From an uncultured Clostridia bacterium (GTDB taxonomy: Bacteria; Bacillota; Clostridia; TANB77; CAG-508), in contig CALXBX010000004.1 in assembly GCA_944386655.1 (NCBI GenBank), positions 2,595-66,594 of the forward strand: a stretch of DNA of 64,000 nucleotides, written 5' to 3'. A program made the position numbers and the translations under genes. This document shows positions 36,647-46,600 of this stretch, piece after piece. Position 1 is the stretch's first letter. Every line of letters starts with the position of its first letter. Under the pieces are notes generated by a model, which saw nothing but the letters and a program-made list of their open reading frames with translations, had not been told where the DNA came from and ran no database searches.

Positions 36647-39600
36647 TTACTCTAATCCATCATTTTCTAGGTTATCTTCTGCTAAATCATTTCCAAATAA
36701 ATCGTCTTCATCTTCTAATCCTGCAAATAATTCATCAGACTCTTCTCCATCTAAAAGCATATCTTCGCTATCTTCGTCTGCTTCTATATAGCTATCTTCT
36801 AATTCGCTTTCATCTAGTACATCAGAGCCTACTTTGCTTTCTTCATAATCAATTCCCTCATCAATATGTTCTTTTAGCTCTAATTCTTGGTTATCTTCAG
36901 AATATAGACGAATATCTAAGCCTAAAGATTGTAATTCTTTAATTAATACTTTGAAGGATTCTGGTACTCCTGGTTCTGGTACATTTTCTCCTTTTACAAT
37001 AGCTTCGTAGGTCTTTACACGTCCTACTACATCGTCTGATTTTACAGTTAGCATTTCTTGTAATGTGTAAGCTGCACCATATGCCTCTAATGCCCAAACT
37101 TCCATCTCTCCAAATCTTTGTCCACCAAATTGTGCTTTACCACCAAGTGGTTGTTGCGTTACTAAAGAGTATGGACCTGTAGAACGAGCATGGATTTTAT
37201 CATCTACTAAGTGGTGTAATTTTAACATATACATAACACCAACGGTTACAGGATTGTCAAATGCTTCTCCTGTACGTCCATCATAAAGAGTAGCTTTTCC
37301 ATCTGGTCTTAAACCTGCTTGTACTAGTAATTCTTCTATTTCTTTATCGGTTGCACCATCAAATACTGGTGTTGCCACTTTCCATCCTAAAGCTTTTGCT
37401 GCCATACCTAAGTGTACTTCTAATACTTGTCCTAAGTTCATACGAGATGGGATACCTTGAGGGTTTAATACAATGTCTACTGGTGTTCCATCTTCTAAGA
37501 ATGGCATATCCTCTACAGGAAGAATTCTAGAAATAACACCTTTGTTACCATGACGTCCCGCCATTTTATCTCCTACAGAGATTTTTCTCTTTGTAGCAAT
37601 ATAGCAACGGATAATTTGGTTAACTCCTGGTCCTAATTCATCAGAATTATCTCTTGTAAAGATTTTAACATCTACAATGGTTCCTGCTTCTCCATGTGGT
37701 ACACGAAGGGAAGTATCTCTTACTTCTCTTGCCTTTTCCCCAAAGATAGCACGAAGTAATCTTTCTTCTGCAGTTAGTTCTGTCTCTCCTTTTGGCGTTA
37801 CTTTTCCTACTAAAATATCGCCCGGTCTTACTTCTGCACCAATACGAATAATTCCGTTTTCGTCTAGGTCTTTTAATCCGTCATCTCCCACGTTTGGAAT
37901 ATCACGTGTGATTTCTTCTGGACCTAATTTGGTATCACGACATTCGCAGTCATATTCTTCAATATGAATAGATGTATACACATCTTCTTTTACTAATCTT
38001 TCACTAATTAATACAGCATCCTCGTAGTTGTATCCTTCCCATGTACTAAAAGCAATTAATACATTTCTTCCTAGTGCCATTTCTCCATTTTTGGTAGATG
38101 GTCCATCTGCTAAAATGTCTCCTGCTTTTACTTTCTCGCCTCTGGTTACTACTGGTCTTTGGTTGATACAAGTTCCGCCATTGGTTCTTTTAAATTTACG
38201 AAGTCTGTAGGTATCTATTTCGTTTTTACTATTTCTTACTTTTACTTCGTCTGCTGTTACTTTTTCTACAATACCATCATTCTTTGCTGTAACAGTAATT
38301 CCAGAATCTCTTGCTGCTCTATACTCAATGCCTGTTCCTACAATAGGAGCTTCTGGCATTAAAAGAGGCACTGCTTGACGTTGCATGTTAGAACCCATTA
38401 AAGAACGTTTTACGTCATCATGCTCCAAGAATGGTATCATGGCAGCTGCTACAGAAACTAATTGTTTTGGAGAAACATCTACATAGTCTACTTGTGATGC
38501 ATCTACCTCTGTAATTTCTGCTCTATGACGTACACGAATTCTTTTATTTACAAATCTGCCCTCTGCATCAATTGGTTCTGATGCTTGTGCAATAATGTAA
38601 TTGTCTTCTTCATCTGCTGGCATATATTCTACAATATCTGTTACTTTACCTGTTTCATGGTCTACTTTGCGGTATGGTGTTTCAATAAATCCATATTCGT
38701 TAATAATCGCAAAAGAAGATAATGCAGAAATAAGTCCAATGTTTGGTCCTTCTGGAGACTCTACTGGGCAAAGTCTTCCATAGTGTGTATAGTGAATATC
38801 ACGTACCTCAAATCCTGCTCTTTCACGAGAAAGTCCTCCTGGTCCTAATGCAGAAATTCTTCTTTTATGGGTAAGCTCAGATAATGGGTTAGTTTGATCC
38901 ATAAATTGTGATAATTGTGAGCTTCCAAAGAATTCTCTAATAGAGGATGTAATTGGTTTTGTGTTAATTAAAGTTTGTGGTGTAACAACGTCTAAGTCTT
39001 GAATCGTCATTCTTTCACGCACTACTCTTTCTAGTCTGGTTAAACCAATTCTAAATTGATTTTGTAATAATTCTCCTACACATCTAATACGTCTATTTCC
39101 TAAATGGTCGATATCATCTACATTTCCTAATCCATGGTCTAAGTTTAGTAAATAGCTGATAGAAGCAATGATATCTTCATTTGTAATATGTTTTGGAATT
39201 AATTCCTCTTTTCTTTCTTCTAATACTTTATGTAAGTCTTTTTCGTCTGTATTGTCTAAAATGGATTTTAATACTTCGTAATTAACGTCTTCTTTAAAAT
39301 GTAGGTCTGAGATATCCACATTTGTTACAAATTTGTGGATATTGACAGTTCCATTTCCAATAATACGAACTTTTTCTTCTCCCACTTTTACATCTACAAT
39401 ATTAATACCAGTATCTTGAATTTCTCTTGCTACATCTTTTTCGATAATGTTTCCTTTTTCTACTAATACCTCGCCTGTAGATGGATCAATAATATCTTCA
39501 AAAGCTTCTTTTCCTGCAATTCTAGAAGCTAAACTTAATTTTTTATTGAATTTATATCTTCCTACTTTTGCTAAATCATATCTTCTTTCGTCGAAGAATA

Positions 39601-40369
39601 AACCATTAAACAAATTCCTTGCAGCATCTACTGTTGGAAGTTCTCCTGGTCTTAATTTTTTATAAATTTCAATTAAAGATTCCTCTTGCGTTTTGATGGT
39701 ATCTTTTTGAATCGTTGCTACTAATTTTGGTTCTTCACCAAATAAAGATAGAATTTGTTCATCTGTCACTATTCCAATTGCTCTTAAAAGGTTCGTTACT
39801 GGAATTTTTCTGGTTCTATCTACTCTAGCCCAAAATACATCGTTTCCGTCTGTTTCATATTCAATCCATGCACCACGAATTGGCATAACTGTAGAAGTGT
39901 AAATCTTCTTTCCGGATTTATCGAATTCGTAAGCATAGTAACATCCTGGTGAACGAACTAACTGGCTAACAACAACTCTTTCTGCACCATTGATAATAAA
40001 AGTACCGCTATCTGTCATGACTGGGAAATCACCAAGATAAATTTCTTGCTCTTTAATTTCACCTGTTTCACGATTGATTAAACGTACTTTTACGTGCAAT
40101 CTTGTAGAATAAGTAGCATCTCTTTCTTTTGCTTCTTCTACAGAATATTTTGTTTTGTCTTCCATGTAATAATCGAAAAATTCAAGAACTAAATTTCCAG
40201 AATAGTCTACAATTGGGGAAATATCTTTTAGAACTTCTCCTAGTCCCTCTTCGATAAACCAATCGTAGGAATCCTTTTGCACTTTAATTAAGTTTGGCAT
40301 TTCTATAAAATCGCCAATTTTTGCAAATGTTTTACGTGTACATTTTTCATGTTTGATATCTTTTACCAA
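36647..40369 (-). CDS. rpoB: DNA-directed RNA polymerase subunit beta, with a ~70-aa acidic C-terminal tail
   Basis: Full-length RpoB motifs. The start is set at TTG 40369 (GGGGTG RBS 6 nt upstream), giving [38 protein letters not shown], the usual N-terminal length. Confidence 0.95.
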   Translation of the reverse strand: MVKDIKHEKCTRKTFAKIGDFIEMPNLIKVQKDSYDWFIEEGLGEVLKDISPIVDYSGNLVLEFFDYYMEDKTKYSVEEAKERDATYSTRLHVKVRLINRETGEIKEQEIYLGDFPVMTDSGTFIINGAERVVVSQLVRSPGCYYAYEFDKSGKKIYTSTVMPIRGAWIEYETDGNDVFWARVDRTRKIPVTNLLRAIGIVTDEQILSLFGEEPKLVATIQKDTIKTQEESLIEIYKKLRPGELPTVDAARNLFNGLFFDERRYDLAKVGRYKFNKKLSLASRIAGKEAFEDIIDPSTGEVLVEKGNIIEKDVAREIQDTGINIVDVKVGEEKVRIIGNGTVNIHKFVTNVDISDLHFKEDVNYEVLKSILDNTDEKDLHKVLEERKEELIPKHITNEDIIASISYLLNLDHGLGNVDDIDHLGNRRIRCVGELLQNQFRIGLTRLERVVRERMTIQDLDVVTPQTLINTKPITSSIREFFGSSQLSQFMDQTNPLSELTHKRRISALGPGGLSRERAGFEVRDIHYTHYGRLCPVESPEGPNIGLISALSSFAIINEYGFIETPYRKVDHETGKVTDIVEYMPADEEDNYIIAQASEPIDAEGRFVNKRIRVRHRAEITEVDASQVDYVDVSPKQLVSVAAAMIPFLEHDDVKRSLMGSNMQRQAVPLLMPEAPIVGTGIEYRAARDSGITVTAKNDGIVEKVTADEVKVRNSKNEIDTYRLRKFKRTNGGTCINQRPVVTRGEKVKAGDILADGPSTKNGEMALGRNVLIAFSTWEGYNYEDAVLISERLVKEDVYTSIHIEEYDCECRDTKLGPEEITRDIPNVGDDGLKDLDENGIIRIGAEVRPGDILVGKVTPKGETELTAEERLLRAIFGEKAREVRDTSLRVPHGEAGTIVDVKIFTRDNSDELGPGVNQIIRCYIATKRKISVGDKMAGRHGNKGVISRILPVEDMPFLEDGTPVDIVLNPQGIPSRMNLGQVLEVHLGMAAKALGWKVATPVFDGATDKEIEELLVQAGLRPDGKATLYDGRTGEAFDNPVTVGVMYMLKLHHLVDDKIHARSTGPYSLVTQQPLGGKAQFGGQRFGEMEVWALEAYGAAYTLQEMLTVKSDDVVGRVKTYEAIVKGENVPEPGVPESFKVLIKELQSLGLDIRLYSEDNQELELKEHIDEGIDYEESKVGSDVLDESELEDSYIEADEDSEDMLLDGEESDELFAGLEDEDDLFGNDLAEDNLENDGLE

Positions 40370-40841
40370 AACCAATCACCCCTAAAAAGATTTTAAAGCA
40401 GATTTTGAGATTTAAGCTTTAGAATACAAAGCTACTTTTGTGAATAAAATTTCTATTTCCAAAGAAGTCCTTCTCTTACTTTCTTTTTCTTTATAGTTAC
40501 TTGCTTTTACTGCTTATCAAAAACTTTCTTCTGTAAAGAGAAAGAACTAAGATTCCTCTTCTTTTTCCATTTACGTAAACAATTTACAAGACCACAAAAA
40601 GGTATGTTGGCAATTTTTCTTTTTTTGCCAACTACCTTTTTGTATTCTTTTCTATTTTTTTCTTATGGTTTTTTTATATTTAATTTTTATCAACCCCACT
40701 ATGAGAATTCATTAGGAGTTATTTTTGTTTTATCTCATCTCGCTCAAAAAGGATAAAACTCCAAATACTAATTTAGTATACATCATTTTGCAATAGCTTG
40801 TCAATGTTTTTTTAGTAATTTTTGTAAGTTTTTATTTCTTT

Positions 40842-41216
40842 TTAGTTACTTTTCCTCCACTCTTTTTTCATTTCTATTTCTTCCCTTTCATCATGTTCTT
40901 CTTGTTCCACATCCATCAAATAAATTTTATTATGAAAAGAACCTTTTTTGCTATTTTTTATTTGTCTAGCATTTTCTACCTCTTCCATTGATATTTTTCT
41001 TTTTTTCATTACAGCAAATATAACTTCCATTAAATCAGCTAATTCTTCTACTGAATGTTCCTCTATAAATTCATGTGCCTCTTCCAATATCTTTTTGTCT
41101 AATTCTTGCAAATATTCTTTATCGTTTAATATTTTATAATTACAACTTCTTCCTTCTATCGAATTGATGTTTTCAGGTATTTTATCTCTTACTAATTTAT
41201 TGTAAACATATTTCAT
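40842..41216 (-). CDS. MazG-like / phosphoribosyl-ATP pyrophosphohydrolase-like nucleotide pyrophosphohydrolase
   Basis: MKYVYNKLVRDKIPENI...EEAHEFIEE...EELADLMEVI shows the all-alpha NTP-PPase EExxE/D motifs. Start at ATG 41216 with a GGGGGA RBS. Confidence 0.7.
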   Translation of the reverse strand: MKYVYNKLVRDKIPENINSIEGRSCNYKILNDKEYLQELDKKILEEAHEFIEEHSVEELADLMEVIFAVMKKRKISMEEVENARQIKNSKKGSFHNKIYLMDVEQEEHDEREEIEMKKEWRKSN

Positions 41217-41261
41217 TTTTATCATCCCCCGTTTCATCATGCTTTTATGATAAAACAAATT

Positions 41262-42524
41262 TTAGTCTAATTTGGTTCCGCAGTTACTACAGAATTTTGC
41301 TCCTTCTTCATAGGTTTCTCCGCAGTTTGGGCATTTTCTTTCTTGTGGCTTTGGTTTGCCACAGTTTGGACAAAACATTCCTTGATTATTTTTATTTCCA
41401 CATTCGCAGGTCCAACTAGTTTGTGTTTGGTTTTCTATATTTTTTTCTACCTTTGTTTCTGTGGTTTGTTCTGTATTTGTTTTATTCGTAAATTCCGTTT
41501 GCTCTGTTGTACTTGCCCTATTACTTAGGTCCATTCTACTATTTTCTGTATTTTGCCATGCACTTGCACCCACGTTGGTATTTCCTGTTGCCATATTTAC
41601 CATACCTAATCCCATAAATCCATTCATACTACCACTTGTATTTTGGGCAGCACTTTTGATTGCTTCTGAATAAGCTCCTACCATTCTTCCTTGTTGCATA
41701 TAACTATTAGAACTTAATTCGTAATCATCTATTTTTTGTTTGGACTCTTCATCCAAAGTAACAGATTCTACTGCAAATCCATCTATCTGGATGCCTCTTT
41801 TTCTCATTGGTTCATCAAAGATTTCTTGGTCCATAATTTCTTTGATTTCATCTGTTTGGCTTGGCATTTCTAATACTGGTACTTTATGTTTTTCTGTTCC
41901 TAACTCGTTTACAATATTTTGGAACACTGCCATTACTTCTGTTCTGCATTGCTCTACTAATTTATCTTTTCTATATTCTTCTGCTACTCCTGCTACATTT
42001 TGCATAAATAGAGCAGGATTGATAATACGAAATGTATATTTGCCATAACATTTGATTTGTACTCTTAGTGGTACTATGGTATTTGTCATTTGGTTTGGTA
42101 TTGGATGTGACCAATCTTGAAAAGGGATTGGTGAAGCTGTACCAAATTTATTATCCATTATTTCCTTTATATTAAAGAAAAATACTGCTTGTTCTTTTGC
42201 ACTAGCTCCATCATAGGTAAATCTCTCCCACATTTCTTTAAATGTTTTTCCAAATTGACCTGCAAAGAAGGATGGTGTAGAAGAGCTGTCAAATACATAC
42301 ACTCCTTCTTCTGCTGTTGCATCAAGCACTCTTCCATTATCATAAATAATGGCGCATTGCCCTGGTGCTACAATAATGGTACTTTTATTAGAAATCACGC
42401 CTTGTGGTGTTGTTATTTTTTTCATTAAAATTTCGTTTCCTAAATCTTCGCAACGAATAGCCTCCTTCCATTGGTCATGTAAGGTACTACCTATTGCATT
42501 TTTGGCTGCTTTAATCAATCCCAT
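41262..42524 (-). CDS. SPFH/Band-7_1 (YdjI-like, 'virion core protein-like') protein with C-terminal double zinc ribbons
   Basis: The N-terminus MGLIKAAKNAIGSTLHDQWKEAIRCEDLGNEILMKK... is typical of the YdjI-type SPFH family. The C-terminus carries CECGNKNNQGMFCPNCG...CPNCGETYEEGAKFCSNCG. Confidence 0.65.
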   Translation of the reverse strand: MGLIKAAKNAIGSTLHDQWKEAIRCEDLGNEILMKKITTPQGVISNKSTIIVAPGQCAIIYDNGRVLDATAEEGVYVFDSSSTPSFFAGQFGKTFKEMWERFTYDGASAKEQAVFFFNIKEIMDNKFGTASPIPFQDWSHPIPNQMTNTIVPLRVQIKCYGKYTFRIINPALFMQNVAGVAEEYRKDKLVEQCRTEVMAVFQNIVNELGTEKHKVPVLEMPSQTDEIKEIMDQEIFDEPMRKRGIQIDGFAVESVTLDEESKQKIDDYELSSNSYMQQGRMVGAYSEAIKSAAQNTSGSMNGFMGLGMVNMATGNTNVGASAWQNTENSRMDLSNRASTTEQTEFTNKTNTEQTTETKVEKNIENQTQTSWTCECGNKNNQGMFCPNCGKPKPQERKCPNCGETYEEGAKFCSNCGTKLD

Positions 42525-42552
42525 CTTTTTTTCCTCCTCTTTTTCTTTTATT

Positions 42553-43491
42553 TTAATATCTTTTTAATGGTTCTAAATTGGCAAGAACCCAACCATAATC
42601 GTCTGTGGTAATTACACTTCCGCAATACTCACATTTTCCAGAAGAAGTAATTTTTGTTGGTGCTCCACAGTTTGGACAATTTGTTGTTTTTACCTCTATA
42701 TCTCCTTCTGGAGTAAGTGTTCCTTTTTTCCTTTCGAAGGTTAATTTGTATAAATTGTTTCTATCTTCTGTTTTATTTCCTTCTAATACTTCTTTTGTGG
42801 TAGCATCTATAATATAGTCTTTCATAATAGCTCTTAGGGCAATTTCTAGAATATCTTTTTCTCCATCTTGTCTGAAGGAATATAGATAAGCAAACTGTAC
42901 AGAAATTCTATCTACTACATTAATACGGTTTGTATCTATGTACCCCTTTACTTGTGCAGCATGTTGTTCAAATAGAGCTTTTGTTTCATAAGGTCTCATT
43001 GGCTCCCAATCTCTTGCTGTCCATGCATTTTGCAATTTTACAAATAAATCTTTACTCCAAGCAGTCATTTTTTCTTCGGAGAAATTTGGATCTATTTGCC
43101 TAATTTGTGCAGCCCATTTTTTGGAGTCTTCTGGACTTACTCCATTTTGATAATCTACTGGCCTTCTTGGTATATGTCGTGGCATAGTAGGTCTTCCTTG
43201 TTTTCTCTTTTTTATAGTATAAATAACAATTGCTGCTAATATAATCAGTCCTATCCATGCATTATCTCCTAAGAAAATAAATCCTCCTAAGCTTCCTGAG
43301 GAATAGTCACTATCCCAATCACTATCCCAGCTACTGCTTCCCCAGTCACTAGAACTCCAATCACTACTGGAAGAACTGCCACTATCATATCTATCAAAGC
43401 TTCCTACATCTGCTTTTGAATTCGTAGCAATTCCTAAAATGACTCCTATTAGGATAATAAAATAGATTATCTTCATTCTACTTTTTTTCAT
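42553..43491 (-). CDS. Tim44-like domain protein with signal peptide, S/D/W-rich linker, TM and C-terminal zinc ribbon
   Basis: Signal-like N-terminus, low-complexity SSSSSDWSSSDWGSSSWDSDWDSDY, TM WIGLIILAAIVIYTI, a Tim44-like core (AWTARDWEPMRPYETKALFEQHAAQV) and CPNCGAP...CEYCGS. Confidence 0.6.
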   Translation of the reverse strand: MKKSRMKIIYFIILIGVILGIATNSKADVGSFDRYDSGSSSSSDWSSSDWGSSSWDSDWDSDYSSGSLGGFIFLGDNAWIGLIILAAIVIYTIKKRKQGRPTMPRHIPRRPVDYQNGVSPEDSKKWAAQIRQIDPNFSEEKMTAWSKDLFVKLQNAWTARDWEPMRPYETKALFEQHAAQVKGYIDTNRINVVDRISVQFAYLYSFRQDGEKDILEIALRAIMKDYIIDATTKEVLEGNKTEDRNNLYKLTFERKKGTLTPEGDIEVKTTNCPNCGAPTKITSSGKCEYCGSVITTDDYGWVLANLEPLKRY

Positions 43492-43591
43492 ATTTTTCTA
43501 CCTTTTTCTTTCTAATTTACTTTTATTATACAAATATTTTTTGAATTACACAACGTTTTTTGCGATTATTTTTTGATTTACAATTTAAAAA

Positions 43592-43633
43592 CTAGAAAAA
43601 ATAGCTTTAGATTCTTTTATATCTAAAACTATT
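43592..43633 (-). terminator. Rho-independent terminator after the giant surface-protein gene
   Basis: Minus strand: AATAGTTTTAGAT-ataaaaga-ATCTAAAGCTATT followed by TTTTTCTAGTTTTT. Confidence 0.7.
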
Positions 43634-43639
43634 CTTTGT

Positions 43640-43679
43640 TGCAATTTAAGGAACGTCCCTAAGTTGCACCTAAGTTGCA
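43640..43679. repeat. 29-nt quasi-palindromic element (copy a) plus an 11-nt half-repeat
   Basis: TGCAATTTAAGGAACGTCCCTAAGTTGCA followed by CCTAAGTTGCA. It contains the TAG stop (43670-43672) of the giant ORF. Confidence 0.9.
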
Positions 43680-46600
43680 TTTTTGTGCCATTTTAAGAAT
43701 ATTCCTAATGCTCCTACTACTAGTAGACCTATCGCTACTAAAAGGATTATGTTCTTTGTTGTCTCTCCTGTTTTAATAGTCATTACTACTTCTGCCTCTG
43801 ATGTATCTCCTTCTTTACTTGCATCCTCATAATTTGCTGGATTACTTGTTTTTACTATCTCTGCTATATTTTTCTTTGTTCCAAAATGATTTTCTCCTGG
43901 TATCCAACTTAATACGACTGTTAGTTCTTTAGTTTCTCCTGGTTTTAATGCTACTTCTGCAACTAAGTTTCCTTCTGCATTTCGTTTCCACTCACTTGCT
44001 GTTCCTTCTTCTACTTGGAAATTACTTGGTAGGTTTTCTGCTACTATCGCTGTTCCTTCTATCTCTCCTATATTGCTTACCTTTATTCCATACGTTATTT
44101 TTAATCTTGTTGTATTTATTTTGCTTCCTACTATCTCTATTTTGTCTATTTTTTCATCTATTCCTGCTTCTTGTTTTCCGTCTTTTTCTATTTGTTTTAT
44201 GGCTTTATCTATGCTCATATTGAATTCTTGTTTTCGATAGTAATAGATGATTTCTATATCTTCCTGTGTATAGGTTCCCTCTTCATTCTCTGGAATTTGG
44301 TTTTCTACTAGGTTATAGTACGGAATTTCTTTTGCTTCTGTCTGATAGTTTTCTCCTACATACCCTTTCATTTGTTCTCTATAGGTTTTGTACTCTCCTG
44401 TCTCTTCTTCCTTGTACAAAATTTCTTCTTTTGTATCTATATCCACATATTTTGCAGTTATTGTTCCACTTGGGATCTTCTCATAATAGTAAATAACATA
44501 AGTATCTTCTTTCTTCATTTTTCCCTCTTTATTACTTGGTTCTGGCTCTGCCGCTCTATAATTAGTGATTGTTTTTCTATTTGTTGTGTAGTTATCTCCT
44601 ACAAAACCTTCTAGAATTTCTTCTGGATACAATTCTTTGTTGTTACTATCATCCTCTTGGGTATCATCTTTTTCCAGATATTTTACAATGACTTTGGCTG
44701 GTATCCTTTTGTAAATATACGTTACTTCTATGGATTCTTCTGTTAATTTTCCTTGTGTTGTTCTTTCTACTTTTACGTATTCATAGCCATAAATTTCTTT
44801 TTGCTCTGTCTCATAGTTATCTCCTACTTTTCCTCCTATGATTTCATCTTCTAATAGCTTATTTCCTTCTTCATCTTCATAATGTACAATCACTCCTCCT
44901 GCTGTTGTTCTTTCATAATAGTAGATGACCTCTATGCTACCTTCTATCATATTTCCTGTTGCATTTTCACTTTTTTTCACATAAGTGTAACCCGGTATTT
45001 CTTTTTGTTCTGTAGTATAAGCATCTCCCACAAGGCCTTCTATTTCGTATCTATAAGTTTTCTCTACTGGTGCTTGTCCTTCTTGTTCTTCTAAGTAGGT
45101 GATTTCTTTTCCTGTTTCTTTGTCTATGTACTTTACTATAACTTTTCCTGGTATTTCTGTTTTGGTACTATAACTATCTTCTACGCTGTTGGTTTGCTCT
45201 GTCTCATATAAATCTACTGTTCCTGTTACTTGGTTTGCCATATTTCTTTGCGTAGCATCTAAATCGCTATATACTAAATTAATTTCTTTTTCTATATTTA
45301 CTTTATAGGCTCCATTGGTATATGTATTTACATGCTCTATGGTTTCTGTCCAGGTTATGGTTTGTGTTTCCTCATCATAGTTTCCTTCTGCTAAGTTAAT
45401 TTGTTCTAATAATTCACCTGCTTCATTTGTTGCTAACTTGTATGGCAAAGTATCTACTACTTTTACTACCACTTCTCCTATGTAGTCTGTTATAGTTGCG
45501 TTATATGTTATATGATAGCGTACTTCTTCTTGTGAGCTTGTTATCTTATCTAGTCCTGTTTTTTCTATGCTACTTTGCATTTCTGTATTCATTAGTTTGT
45601 ATTTATTCGTTACTGTAAATTTTTCATTTGGTGTTATGCCATCTGTTATATCATTTAGTTTTGTATTTGTGATTACTGGTACATCATAGTATTCTAAATC
45701 TCCTTTATTCGTTTCTGTTTCTACGACACTATATTCTATTTCTTTTCCTTCTTGTGTGTATTTTGGCAAATCTGCATAGGTATATGTCCAATGATTTTCT
45801 TCATTTAAAATAACCTTTTCTAATTCTTGTCCATTGTAATTTGTGTTTCCATTTGCCGTTAATTGTACTGTTACACTCTCTGGTCTATTTCCTTTTGTAT
45901 CTTCATTGTCATCCCATACTTTTTCTACTTGTTTTGCTACTTTGTATTCTTGCTCTACTTCTACACTATCTGCTGCAATATTGTTTAATCTTTCTCCTCC
46001 CGGATTAGTACTATGTCCTTCTGGATAATATACTTGGATACTTCCTGTTGCTTCGTTAAGTAGTGGCTCTATTACATTTTGATTTTGGTATACTACCTTA
46101 ATTTCTTTTTCTATTGTCTCATCATAAATTCCCTTTTCAAAGGTATTTATTTCTATTTCGTCTTTCCATGTAATTGTTTTTTCTGCACTATTGTAGGTTC
46201 CTCCTGCTAAATTTATTCTAGAGTCTACTTGTTTTAGTTCTGCTGGTAATTTATCTATTATTGTAATACTTGCTTTTCCTTTGTAATTATTTATTACTAC
46301 TCTATATCTTATTTTATAGGTTACTACCTCATTTTCTTCTGTTATTTTTTCTGTTGTGGCTGTTTTCTCTAATCCTGAACCTATTTGTGCCTCTTTTAAT
46401 TGATAATAATAGATAACTTCTATTGACTCTTTTGTCATGTTACCTTCTGATTTCTCTGGCATTTTATTTACACATTCATAGTTTTCATTTATTTTTTCAG
46501 ATGGATTTGTATCATAGCTTTGTCCTACTATTCCTTCTATTGTTTCGTCTGCTATCACTCCTCCTGCTTTGGATGGGACTTTTATTTTTGTTTTTCCTCC

